A DNA stretch of 64,000 bases from Nemertoderma westbladi (lineage: Eukaryota > Animalia > Xenacoelomorpha), in the NCBI GenBank assembly GCA_032718475.1, contig JAUCBJ010001036.1, forward strand, positions 1,952-65,951, given 5' to 3'. The stretch's first letter is position 1, and every line of letters begins with the position of its first letter. The position numbers and the translations under genes are program-made. The notes beneath the pieces are model-generated. The model ran no database searches. It saw nothing but the letters and a program-made list of their open reading frames with translations, and was not told where the DNA came from. Positions 14,066-28,245 of the stretch are shown in pieces.

Positions 14066-14640
14066 TTATTTTATTCTTTAATTGTCAAGCTGAAGTAAAA
14101 AACCTTACCGGTAGGTATGCCAGTACAGTACGATACAAATACTAAAATAAAAAAGCAACTGACCATTAGACGTTGCATGCAATCAGTGATCAGCTGACGG
14201 CTGTCAGCTGATCAGTAGGTTTTGCCCCAATGGGGGCTTTCTCAAGTAGCTAGAGCACCCTTTGCGTCCTGTCCTGCAAAAACTAGAAATGTTTTATATA
14301 CGCACTCGCCAGCCAGCTATTAACAAGCAGAAACGTGATTGGCGCAAGTTTGAGGTGCTGCTTCCCAGTGGTTAGACGGATACACTTCTACCTGTTTCAC
14401 TTTACCGTCCCGTCTCCCTTGGGAACTTCTATCTATTGTCTCCTTTCTAGCACTAGCTACTTGAGAAAGCCCCCATTGGGGCGAAACCTACTGATCAGCT
14501 GACAGCCGTCAGCTGATCACTGATTGCATGCAACGTCTAATGGTCAGTTGCTTTTTTATTTTAGTATTTGTATCGTACTGTACTGGCATACCTACCGGTA
14601 AGGTTTTTTACTTCAGCTTGACAATTAAAGAATAAAATAA
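14066..14640. repeat. 188-bp near-perfect inverted repeat with a spacer of about 200 bp; possible Penelope-like terminal remnant
   Basis: Arms are 14066-14253 and 14453-14640, with one mismatch seen. The arm contains CTTGAGAAAG-CCCCCATTGGGG-CGAAAC, resembling the variant hammerhead cores of Penelope-like elements, and ends in AATAAA. The inverted repeat is certain; the Penelope call is inference. Confidence 0.7.
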
Positions 14641-17600
14641 ATATATTAACTACTAATACTACTACATTAACTACTAATACAACTATATTAACTACTAATA
14701 CTACCATATTAACTACTAATACTACTAATTAACTACTAATACTACCATATTAACTACTAATACTACTATATTAACTACTAATACTACTATATTAACTACT
14801 AATACTACTATATTAACTACTAATACTACTATATTAACTACTAATACTACTATATAACTACTAATACTACTATATTAACTACTAATACTACTATATAACT
14901 ACTAATACTACTATATTAACTACTAATACTACTATATTAACTACTAATACTACTATATTAACTACTAATACTACTATATTAACTACTAATACTACTATAT
15001 TAACTACTAATACTACTATATTAACTACTAATACTACTATATTAACTACTAATACTACTATATTAACTACTAATACTACTATATTAACTACTAATACTAC
15101 TATATTAACTACTAATACTACTATATTAACTACTAATACTACTATATTAACTACTAATACTACTATATTAACTACTAATACTACTATATTAACTACTAAT
15201 ACTACCATATTAACTACTAATACTACTATATTAACTACTAATACTACTATATTAACTACTAATACTACTATATTAACTACATAATACTACTATATTAACT
15301 ACTAATACTACTATATTAACTACTAATACTACTATATTAACTACTAATACTACTATATTAACTACTAATACTACTATATTAACTACTAATACTACTATAT
15401 TAACTACTAATACTACTATATTAACTACTAATACTACTATATTAACTACTAATACTACTATATTAACTACTAATACTACTATATTAACTACTAATACTAC
15501 TATATTAACTACTAATACTACTATATTAACTACTAATACTACTATATTAACTACTAATACTACTATATTAACTACTAATACTACTATATTAACTAATACT
15601 ACTATATTAACTACTAATACTACTATATTAACTACTAATACTACTATATTAACTACTAATACTACGATATTAACTAATAATACTACTAATACTACGATAT
15701 TAACTAATAATACTACTAATACTACGATATTAACTAATAATACTACTAATACTACGATATAACTAATAAACTACTAATACTACATATTAACTATAATACT
15801 ACTAATACTACTATATTAACTAATACTACTATATTAACTACTAATACTACTATATTAACTAATACTACTATATTAACTACATACTACTATATTAACTACT
15901 AATACTACTATATTAACTACTAATACTACTATTAACTATAATACTACTAATACTACGATATTAACTAATAATACTACTAATACTACTATATTAACTAATA
16001 ATACTACTATATTAACTACTAATACTACTATATTAACTACTAATACTACTATATTAACTACTAATACTACTATATTAACTACTAATACTACTAATACTAC
16101 TATACTATAATACTACTAATACTACTATATTAACTACTAATACTACTCATATTAACTACTAATACTACTAATACTACTATATTAACTACTAATACTACTA
16201 TAACTACTAATACTACTAATACTACTATACTATATACTACTAATACTACGATATTAACTACTAATACTACTAATACTACGATATTAACTAATAATACTAC
16301 TAATACTACGATATTAACTAATAATACTACTAATACTACGATATTAACTAATAATACTACTAATACTACGATATTAACTAATAATACTACTATATTAACT
16401 ATAATACTACTATACTACTATTAACTAATAACTACTAATACTACTATATTAACTACTAATACTACTATATTAACTACTAATACTACTATATTAACTACTA
16501 ATACTACTATATTAACTACTAATACTACTATATTAACTACTAATACTACTATATTAACTACTAATACTACTATACTAATATACTACTAATACTACTATAT
16601 TAACTACTAATACTACTATATTAACTACTAATACTACTATATTAACTAATACTACTATATTAACTACTAATACTACTATATTAACTACTAATACTACTAT
16701 ATTAACTACTAATACTACTATATTAACTACTAATACTACTATATTAACTACTAATACTACGATATTAACTACTAATACTACTAATAACTACTAATACTTA
16801 ACTAATAATACTACTAATACTACTATATTAACTACTAATACTACTAATTAACTACTATACTACTATATAACTACTAATACTACTATATTAACTACTAATA
16901 CTCTATTAACTACTAATACTACTATATTAACTACTAATACTACTAATACTACTATTAACTACTAATACTACTATATTAACTACTAATACTACTATATTAA
17001 CTACTAATACTACTATATTAACTACTAATACTACTATATTAACTACTAATACTACTATATTAACTACTAATACTACTATATTAACTACTAATACTACTAT
17101 ATTAACTACTAATACTACTATATTAACTACTAATACTACTATATTAACTACTAATACTACTATATTAACTACTAATACTACTATATTAACTACTAATACT
17201 ACTATATTAACTACTAATACTACTATATTAACTACTAATACTACTATATTAACTACTAATACTACTATATTAACTACTAATACTACTATATTAACTACTA
17301 ATACTACTATATTAACTACTAATACTACTATATTAACTACTAATACTACTATATTAACTACTAATACTACTATATTAACTACTAATACTACTATATTAAC
17401 TACTAATACTACTATATTAACTACTAATACTACTATATTAACTACTAATACTACTATATTAACTACTAATACTACTATATTAACTAATAATACTACTAAT
17501 ACTACGATATTAACTAATAATACTACTAATACTACTATATTAACTACTAATACTACTATATTAACTACTAATACTACTATATTAACTACTAATACTACTA

Positions 17601-20240
17601 TATTAACTACTAATACTACTATATTAACTACTAATACTACTATATTAACTACTAATACTACTATATTAACTACTAATACTACTATATTAACTAATACTAC
17701 TATATTAACTACTAATACTACTATATTAACTAATAATACTACTATATTAACTACTAATACTACTATATTAACTACTAATACTACTATATTAACTACTAAT
17801 ACTACTATATTAACTACTAATACTACTATATTAACTACTAATACTACTATATTAACTACTAATACTACTATATTAACTACTAATACTACTATATTAACTA
17901 CTAATACTACTATATTAACTACTAATACTACTATATTAACTACTAATACTACTATATTAACTACTAATACTACTATATTAACTACTAATACTACTATATT
18001 AACTAATAATACTACTAATACTACGTATACTAATAAACTACTATACTACTATATTAACTACTAATACTACTATATTAACTACTAATACTACTATATTAAC
18101 TACTAATACTACTATATTATACTACTAATACTACGTATATTAACTACTAATACTACTATATTAACTACTAATACTACTATATTAACTACTAATACTACTA
18201 TATTAACTACTAATACTACTATATTAACTACTAATACTACTATATTAACTACTAATACTACATATTAACTTATACTACTAATACTACTATTACTATAACT
18301 ACTAATACTACTATATTAACTACTAATACTACTATATTAACTACTAATACTACTATATTAACTACTAATACTACTATATTAACTACTAATACTACTATAT
18401 TAACTACTAATACTACTATATTAACTACTAATACTACTATATTAACTACTAATACTACTATATTAACTACTAATACTACTATATTAACTACTAATACTAC
18501 TATATTAACTACTAATACTACTATATTAACTACTAATACTACTATATTAACTACTAATACTACTATATTAACTACTAATACTACTATATTAACTACTAAT
18601 ACTACTATATTAACTACTAATACTACTATATTAACTACTAATACTACTATATTAACTACTAATACTACTATATTAACTACTAATACTACTATATTAACTA
18701 CTAATACTACTATATTAACTACTAATACTACTATATTAACTAATACTACTATATTAACTACTAATACTACTATATTAACTACTAATACTACTATATTAAC
18801 TACTAATACTACTATATTAACTACTAATACTACTATATTAACTACTAATACTACTATATTAACTACTAATACTACTATATTAACTACTAATACTACTATA
18901 TTAACTACTAATACTACTATATTAACTACTAATACTACTATATTAACTACTAATACTACTATATTAACTACTAATACTACTATATTAACTAATACTACTA
19001 TATTAACTACTAATACTACTATATTAACTACTAATACTACTAATACTACGATATTAACTATAATACTACTAATACTACTATATTAACTACTAATACTACT
19101 ATATTAACTACTAATACTACTATATTAACTACTAATACTACTAATACTACGATATTAACTAATCCATATTAACTACTAATACTACGATATTAACTAATAA
19201 TACTACTAATACTACGATATTAACTAATAATACTACTAATACTACGATATTAACTAATAATACTACTAATACTACTATATTAACTACTAATACTACTATA
19301 TTAACTACTAATACTACGATATTAACTATAATACTACTAATACTACATATTAACTATATACTACTAATACTACTATATTAACTACTAATACTACTATATT
19401 AACTACTAATACTACTATATTAACTACTAATACTACTATATTAACTACTAATACTACTATATTAACTACTAATACTACTATATTAACTACTAATACTACT
19501 ATATTAACTACTAATACTACTATATTAACTACTAATACTACTATATTAACTACTAATACTACTATATTAACTACTAATACTACTATATTAACTACTAATA
19601 CTACATATTAACTACTACTACTACTAATACTACTATATTAACTACTAATACTACTATATTAACTACTAATACTACTATATTAACTACTACTATATTAACT
19701 ATAATACTACTATATAACTACTAATACTACTATATTAACTACTAATACTACTATATTAACTACTAATACTACTATTAACTTAACTACTAATACTACGATA
19801 TTAACTATAATACTACTAATACTACTATATTAACTACTAATACTACTATATTAACTACTAATACTACTATATCGATATTAACTAATAATACTACTAATAC
19901 TACTATATTAACTACTAATACTACTATATTAACTACTAATACTACTATATTAACTACTAATACTACGATATTAACTAATAATACTACTAATACTACGATA
20001 CTACTATACTACTAATACTACTATATTAACTACTAATACTACTATATTAACTACTAATACTACTATATTAACTACTAATACTACTATATTAACTACTAAT
20101 ACTACTATATTAACTACTAATACTACGATATTAACTACTAATACTACTATATTAACTACTATACTACTAATACTACTATATATAACTACTAATACTACTA
20201 TATTAACTACTAATACTACTATATTAACTAATACTACTAA
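14641..20240. repeat. 21-bp minisatellite, main array (about 5.6 kb) with 30-bp variant sub-arrays
   Basis: Continuous tandem array. A variant unit ACTACGATATTAACTAATAATACTACTAAT recurs at about 15661, 16270 and 19181. Confidence 0.97.
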
Positions 20241-20363
20241 TAAATAATAAATAAATAACAATAAATAACAATAATAAATAACAATCCGCTGGCACATTAA
20301 ATTCATTATAATTGTTCATTATAATTGTTCATTATAATTGTTCAATACTTGTTTGTTACTCAG

Positions 20364-20514
20364 GAAACTCATTCATATCATGTAACGCTCCAGTATACAA
20401 AGTAGACGCCGACGCAGACCGAAGATGCAACGTTCCTGACTTAGGAGTCAATGGGTTTGACAACATCGCCAGTTCCATTATAATTACAGGAATCTTTCCT
20501 TGGCAAATATACAG
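20364..20514 (+). CDS. Host gene exon B: beta-gamma-crystallin motif with a Cys-bracketed loop
   Basis: Acceptor ttactcag and donor CAG|gtgatt, phases 1 to 2. It continues FKG-NSFISC...C...GFDNIASSIIITG..PWQIY in frame with exon A. Confidence 0.85.
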
Positions 20515-22214
20515 GTGATTTTAGATTTCTATGAAAAAGTACAGATCGAAATCAGATATTTTTAATTAATTTAAAAATTAAAATCCTGAAGAATTGTAAA
20601 GGGCTAATTAACCGCAGCTGCAAATTTTGTATACCTAGAAACCCAGTCAATCATTCAATACTTTTTACTCCTTATCGGATTAATTGATTTTATGTTTAGT
20701 GTGTGTCATGTACTATTATTGCTGCTATTCAGTTCTTCATATTATATCACTATAATGCCTAAAGGAAATGACATTTTCATAAGACAAAACCAGGTAGCAG
20801 GTAGGTCTCTATAATTTAGCATTACCAGGAGCGCGATTACTTTTGAACACTCCTGGTAAATACATTACAAACATGACGGTAAGGAAATCGAAAACTAAAC
20901 ATAAATTATTGTTGGTAAAACCGCTTTTAGATCGAATACGCCCAAGTCATCAGTAAAGTCTATCAGTAAAAGGTATTTCTCTGGATTATTACCTCTACTT
21001 CTTAGGCATTAGTTTAGCCTGGTGCCCCATTTTTTTTAACCATCATCACGACAAGATCTACGGTTATATAATTTATATATGTATTAACATATATATATAC
21101 ATATACATACATATAAAACAAATATATGTATGTATTAGCAATCCCATATCCCTCGAATTTCTTAAATAAGTCAACATAGATAATATCCAGAATCAAAAAC
21201 AAATCTGTCTTTCTTTGTTGATAAATCTTCAATTAACCTTATATGTGCCAGACTTGTATAAACTATACAATAGATTTCTATTAAATCGCACCAGGGATCC
21301 TGTTGAGTGACTGTTACGTGGGAAACAAAATGGGTTCCATAAAGGTCGTCAGACAATGGAGGGGAAGCCCCACTGATGGAGGAATTTTTTTCATTCCTTC
21401 TGAGTGGGTTCTCAACAAACTTCTCAAGTTCATAGAAGATAGTTGTAAACATCAAGGGTGTTTTTTACTGAAACACAGGCTAACCCAAACAATAACCTAT
21501 TTTCTACTTCATAAATTCCAATCTGAGTGCAAATAGCCCAAGCACTCTGTCTATCCTCTAGTTACCAAGGATGTGTGTTGTTCACTTGGCAATGAAATGT
21601 TTGTTTGGAGAATAATTTAATTTTAGATCAACTTCTAGGTTGGTGCTGTGTATCTGTAATGGAAGCTAGGCTACTGGAATACTAGGCTACTAGGCTACTC
21701 CTGCGTTCTGATGGATAACTGCCTGCCACTCCTGCGTACTGACGGAAAACTGCCTGCCGTATTGCTGACAACTACCTGACTACTAAACACTGACTAACTA
21801 ACCCCCCCCCCCCCCCCCACACCCCCCCTTTATAGACAACCGCTTAGCTTAGAATATATACTGGTAATAGTTTCCAAAACGTAAACAAAAGTAGCCCTAT
21901 TCTCTTCTATGCAGCTTAAAAGTCCCATTAGCGTAAAACACACAGGCTACTTTATGAATTACAAACCCAAAAAGGCTGAATGAGACACAGAATCCAAATT
22001 GCATCCCCCCCCCCCCCCCCCCCCCAATTTAAATTAAATTGCAGTAAAGCAACAAATCAGAAAATCACATAATCACTGTACTCAAAGACAGAATTGTGTA
22101 ACACAGTTCCGGTACAATTATTAACATAATTAAAGATGGCTGACATATGTCATTCTTATTATAGCACAGCCTATCTCTCAGGATACATCCAATCAAAGCG
22201 CTAGAAAAGTATAT

Positions 22215-22960
22215 ACTGAAAATGGTTTTCCAAAATATTGGGAAGTTTTCGAGTTATAGCACCATTTTTAACCCTACTTTTGGCACATTTTTTAGATGTT
22301 TTTTGAAAATTACATTTCTTGAAATATGATTTTTAAGCCCTTTTTTTAATTTTCACAGGTTTTTAGAGTTTTAAGTTAGATGGAATTCATATAAATTAAT
22401 TTAAAAATTTCAAACTTGTTTTTTTCGGTGGGTGCCAAATTTTTGTGCAAGCACCAAATTTTGAAATATGTCAATTATGTAAATTGATTGTTTGAACCTG
22501 TTTTTTGCGAAATAGGGGATTTTTGGGGTTCTGGTTTCCGAAGGAATATACGATTTGCACCAGACCTATTGAACTTGTATATTTCGGAGCTGTGTGCAAA
22601 ATTTGGTGCCAGCACGAAATTTTGAAAATCCATTTTTCGGAAGTGCGTGCAATATTTGGTGATATAACCAAAATTTGAAAACCACCAAATATATAAATTG
22701 ATTGTGTCACCTTGTTTCTTGTATTTTACGGGTTTGTGAGGATTGTGAGTTAAATGGAATAATTAAAGATTGCATCAGGGTTTTCAAATTTGTATTTTTC
22801 GCCGGTGGGGGAAAATTGTTGTGCCAGCACCAAAGTGCAGAAAATAAGCAAATTGATATATAGATAGTATCCTCTTGTTTATTGCTTTATACGGTTGTAT
22901 GAGGGTCCTGAATCCGATGGAATCAATAAAAACAGCACTGGACATCTCAAACGTTTACTT
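22215..22960 (-). mobile_element. Partial diverged copy of the piggyBac-like element (right/internal part)
   Basis: Reverse-complement similarity to about 3560-4425. Confidence 0.75.
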
Positions 22961-22969
22961 TTATAGAAG

Positions 22970-24520
22970 CCTGGTAAATGGTTGGGCTATGGCCAATGTC
23001 CCTGACCCGTTTGAAGGAGGCATTTCAGGAAGCTACTGATGAGTTCACCAGCTACCAGCTGTGGTGTTGATGATGAAATCACGATAGGCATAATGTGGTT
23101 TTGTAACAGGAAGTCATTGGGTTGGGGGCAGTGGTGCACTAGAAAGCATCTGAAATTAGGTGTTGGGATCCCTTTAGATAGTAAAGGGATCCTGTAAAGA
23201 TAAAATGAGGCAGCAATGTTTTGAGTTTGAGGCAGTAGTCATAGCTCACCACATCCAAACAGCGGTCATTGAGATTGAGGATCAATCAAAGAGGAAGTGA
23301 TTGACAAGGTACTCCCATAGTGACTGGCAGTTGAGAGATGGGAGGTGGCAGTTGGATGGTAGGGATGGTACTGGGATGTCTGTAGCTGTGAGCACTCTTC
23401 ATGCCAGGCCAGTGCAGAGGGTGAGGGAGGGTAGCTGCCCACCATGGAATATCAAGCTCTGGAGGATGCCCAACAGAAATCAGGTCCTGCAAAAGTAAAG
23501 TAACATAAATTTTCTTCGGCCGCCAGACCAGGGATTATGCACAAAGTCTAACGACTTATTTCCAGTGCGGTCCCCCCAGAACTTTACTCCCCAGAGGAAA
23601 CTCTAGTACTCATTTCGCTACCACTTAAGGATGCAAGGCAGAGATGCGCCTTGCCTGGTCCCTTTAAAGCATTCATGCCGAAACGAAAACTGCCCTGGCC
23701 CATGTGAGGATCGAACCCATGACCTACAGGAGATGTGAAATCAACGCAACCACTATACCAAGGTGGAACCAAGGATAGCAATGGATAGCTGCAGGATAGC
23801 AATGTTTGGTGTAAGCCATCCAGTAGCCAGACGTCCGTGGTGCATGCTGTGTGCGGGGCGTGTCCCCTGGAACACCCCTTTGAATCCTCACCCAGAATGG
23901 TTGCCATTGGCTAATTGGGGTAACTGAATCAATGAGCTCATTAGGTGGAGGTTATTGATTGTCCACTCTAAACTCAGAGATAGTCTGGAAAGGTTTGGTG
24001 GTTATTTGGGTGCCAGAGTCGGGGTTGAACTGGAGTTCCTTGAAACTGAACTTGGTGAGCTGGAGGAGGCCAACAGTAACCGTTTTGGGGGCCTCCAATT
24101 GCTGTAAGGCAAAAACGACGGGTGCACTCCAGCTCAGTGCCTGCAAGAATTAACCAGACCATGACCGAGAAGGCGGCATCTTCCTCTGGGTGAAGCTTGG
24201 TGTTGGATCATGGACAACATGGGCCTGGATCTTGCTTGGTGAGGACACATTCTATTATAGTGACCCCTCTTGTTGCAGTTTTAGCAGCAGACATTGATAC
24301 TGCGGCAGAGTTCGCCAGAGTCCTGGGGTGGGTAGCGGCAGTTTGGACACTGTGTGGTCAATGGGGAGGGCCAGTTGCTTCGATTTCGTAGTGGGTGGTT
24401 GCATGGCATATTTACCTGCAAGGCTATTATAGGTTTCACTGGTACAGGCATGGTGGGGGTGGTGTAAGCCACCTTTAATATGAATATCGATCATGGAATG
24501 GATCATGTTTGGTTGCTGTC
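22970..24520 (-). mobile_element. Highly degenerate Gypsy-like LTR retrotransposon internal remnant, interrupted by a SINE
   Basis: The minus strand reads CPNCR...CC*NCNKRGHYNRMC (CX2CX4HX4C knuckle), followed by FNPDSGTQIT (aspartic-protease-like DSG). No LTRs were seen and the boundaries are approximate. Confidence 0.55.
23491..23770 (-). mobile_element. tRNA-derived SINE
   Basis: Head GGTTCCACCTTGGTATAGTGGTT (A box)...GGGTTCGATCCTC (B box), a central AAATGAGTAC motif shared with the SINE at 43790, and a TTAC/TTTAC-type tail. Confidence 0.75.
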
Positions 24521-24698
24521 AAAATATCTTTTTTCCACTATTATTTCAAATAAGCGAGAATAAGGAAAACCCTAATTCATCTCTCAATGCAAAATATTAT
24601 ATATCTCAAAATTCTGGACAAATATTTAAATAATATCCTAGAAGTAAAATTAATTTGTTTATAAAAAATTAAGAAGAACTTTATTATATGAATTGCAG

Positions 24699-24820
24699 TG
24701 GTGCCGATTACACTGGAGACAACATGAAACTTAAACCAGGTTTCTATGGATCAGAGTTGCCAATTGACGATATAAGTGCTCTCATGATAGATTGTAGAGA
24801 AGCAAAGAAAGAGCCAGAAC
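24699..24820 (+). CDS. Host gene exon C: final beta-gamma-crystallin Greek-key motif plus linker
   Basis: Acceptor aattgcag and canonical donor C|gtaagt, phases 2 to 1. Gives WQIY-S-GADYTGDNMKLKPGFYGSELPIDDISALMIDCREAKKEPE. It is absent from the ORF track. Confidence 0.88.
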
Positions 24821-26051
24821 GTAAGTTTAATTGAAGACTTCGATTGGAGCTTACAATACATATGTATCAGTAGTAGCATTATTATTTTGGTTTAAGAAGA
24901 CACTAGTGGATGCTTATTGGTTTTTCATTTTTGCCTTAACCTGTACTAATTTTCTACTTGATATTGTTGTCCCTGGAATGATTGCTTTTGAAGGAGGGAT
25001 ATTTAAATTCCGTTCCATTCGTTACCATTCCATTCCATTCATTCATTCTAAATATTATACGCACTGTGAATATTCCATGCATTACTGTTGTGTAATACTT
25101 TAGGTGTGTAATTGTCACAATTATTAATAAGTTAGCTAACTGATAAACTGATAGCACTATAATCATGGCAAAAATACTTGCTGAAAAGCAGAAACTCTAT
25201 TGACAACGGAAAAATATTTGTATAAAAAGGTAAAAAAAGTATAAAAGGGTTAATGCAAATCGACCAATTTTTACCAAGGCAATACTTAATGTACGATCTG
25301 AACACAGTTGTTTCAATGTACAATATGGAAAACAATAGTGGTTAGTCGGCCACATGTTCAAAATATTGTAAATGAAAGGAAATACTTATACCTCAATGGC
25401 GCATTACCAGAGGATGATTGTCAATGTGATACATGTGAGAACATGGAAAATATGCTAAAACATATACCGCCTTACTGAAAACTGATGAAACTGATGAAAA
25501 TTTTGCATCCTTGTAATTTTAGTTCCACTGTCGATTCCTGTCGAGGTTTTACTGCAATCAAAAAGGAATTGGATGACATTCGAGAGTACGAAGAAATATA
25601 ATTTTACCAAAGGCAAGATGTCAATGAAAATAGAAAGATAATTCAAAAGAAATGTTTAAATAAGCTATTAGGCATTGACTTTACAGATTTATTGAAGCAA
25701 AAAATTATTCGATTTGCAGAGCACTGCTACATAGAGTATTTCATAAAAATAAAATTTTGGAAATTTTACGATTTCTGTGAGCCATTCTGCAGCTTTCAAT
25801 TCCCCAACAAGCCTGTCTGCAGGCTGATTATGCCCTACAATGGTCTGTCTCTCAACAGTCAGTCAGCTCAATTGCCTCCCATAACACATGATCACGATTT
25901 GCGAAGAGATCATGAGCTTTTCCACAAAATTGGGGAAGCTTGAATAGTGGTGATCCAATAGCATGATCTATCCACCCAGGATAATCAACAAGTTGATCTA
26001 CTTCAATACAGAACAACTGCTCCTTTGAAAGTGCCAACCTTACGCGTTGTG

Positions 26052-28245
26052 CTACTAGGATCGGCATGCTGCATTGCAGCTACATTTTTAAGAATGCTGT
26101 GCCGGCTTTTCGACAAAATTGCACCGCCACAACTGCCTATCGCCCATGACATTTGCTAGATCATCAGCATCTTCAAGGCCAGTGTCCTTTAAGATGCGTC
26201 TCAAGAAAGTCATGGGCTGTCCACCATGCTTATTCACTCCATGAGGCTGCCCAAGTAGAAGATTATGCACTGGCTGGTCCTCACAGCGAAAGCAATGTCC
26301 TGCAAAGCAGAGGCGATTAGGTTCTAGTGTCAAGCTTGGGGGAACAAATGAGACACCTCCAATGTTATATAGTGTCTGGTTGGAGATGTGTGCATTGTAC
26401 TTGACACAATGAACCCGGCGTAGCATTCTTGTGAATGTGCCATCCACAGATTTGGTGTCCTCAGCAGTTAGAGCCCAGCATGGACTCCCATAAAGGAGTA
26501 CTGGAACTTCTGCTGATCTAAATAATCGGACCTTAAGTTTCCGATTAATTCTCGGTGACTTCCAAATCCTGGAAAGCCTGTTCAAGGCTGCCCATGACTT
26601 TCCCTTACGTATTCGAAGGTCCTCTCCTGACTTCTGGATCCATGATCCCAGGTAACAGAAGTCGTCCACATACTCAAGCCACCATCCTTTGAGCTTATGC
26701 TCATCCGATCAGAGACTTACTGAGGACTTTCAAAGTTAACTGTAAAAATGTTGGTCTTTCTAGAGTTAATAAAAAGACCAACACTAGAAGCAGCATGTTC
26801 TAATGAGCTGAGGAGCCGTTGGGCTCCCTCTAGTGATTCTGAGAGTACTCCTAAGTCATCAGCAAAGTCTAGATCAGTTAGGTACTTGGCAGGATTTCCT
26901 CGAATTCTGGAGCCAGTAGGTGGAGTTATCATCACCCCATCATCATTATGATGATCTAAGGACATGCATAGAACATAGTCAACCACAATTATGAACAAGA
27001 ATGGTGCAAGTGTGTCTCCCTGGAGGACGCCCCATAACACTTCAAATGGTTCTATCCTTCAACAGTAGACACAAATGTTGTCGAACCATCGTATACTGAT
27101 CTGATTCCTGCAATAATTTCATCAGGAATCCCATATAATGAAAGTATGCTGAACATACATGACTGAGAGACTGAATCAAAGGCCTTGAAGAAGTCAACAA
27201 AGATAACAGCCAGATGCATGTCTTTCTTTTTTGATAACTCTTCAATTATCCGTATAAGTGCCAAAATGGGCTCCATGGTCCAACGACCTTTACGGAACCC
27301 ATTCTGATTTCCACGGAGCAATCTCTCAATGGGAACCCTGATGCGATTTAAAATAATTATATTGTATAGCTTTGCAGCAATCGAGATCAATGAGATTCCC
27401 CGAAAAGAACCATAGAGTGTTAGGTTGCCCTTCTTGGGAACTGGCACCAACTTATTTGTTTTCATTTCTTGTGGGACTCTTGTTGTTCGGTACATGTCTA
27501 CTATGATGGGATAGATGAGCTTTAAAAAGTCAGGTATTTTAAAGACCTCAGGGGGAACACCATCTAACTACTCCACTGGCACGATTGGTCTTAATGATCT
27601 TTGCAGCAGCCTTCACTTCTGCAAAGGAGATACCGCCAATGGGAATATCTGGGAGTACAGACTCAGACACTTTTACTTCTATAAAGTTATCAGGCAATAC
27701 CCTGTCATTATTGAGGAGCTTTTCAAAGTGGGCCTGAGACGATTGGCTGGTGATTCAGCCTTAACCCTAGTGGTTGGTTGGCTTTTCCGAACAGTAAGTA
27801 AGTTGATCGATTTCCATGCCTGGGATGTTTGCCTGTTGTAGTCAGCATCATTGATGGCATTAACCTGTTGGTTTATTAGCTCCTGTAGATTAATAGAGTA
27901 CTGCCTACTCAGGGACCTAGATGCAGCCTTAACTGCATTCTTGGCCGTTGTAGTCTGTTTGAGTCGGGACTCTTTCTGCACCTTATAAAGGTCATTTCGG
28001 CACTTCTGAATTTTGTTGTCAGTCCAGGGGGCCCTTTTCCTGTTTCGAGGGTATACAGGAACTGTTTCTGCAGCTGCTAACTTAACTGCTTCTGTGGAGG
28101 CAGTATAGCCCTCACAGTGATCTGCTGCCTCAGAGGCAAGAACCTCATTCCTGTTGCTCAGCTGTAGTGTGAAGCTGGATCTCACACTTGGCTGTTGCAA
28201 CAGAGAGGACCAGTCATGCCGCGGCAAGGCATTTCGTTGTTCTGC
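26052..28245 (-). mobile_element. RTE-clade LINE, second family (RT and 3' end); continues at 35979-36361
   Basis: FRGISL, NQNGFR, FVDFFKAFDS, GVLQGDTLAPFLF, DFADDL and FCYLGSW motifs across frameshifted ORFs, with a TAGTAG 3' end. Confidence 0.9.

Noticed and set aside
12060-20240. CRISPR array or telomeric repeat
   Set aside because: There are no unique spacers or cas genes, the context is eukaryotic, and the unit lacks the G-runs of telomeric repeats.
13258-20306. ORFs of (LTTNTTI)n / (VVLVVNI)n resembling mucin or antifreeze proteins
   Set aside because: They are by-products of a 21-bp satellite. Frames break at indels, there is no splice or start context, and the region is intronic.
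23694-23770. Functional tRNA gene on the minus strand
   Set aside because: The cloverleaf is poor, and it continues into a SINE body and tail.
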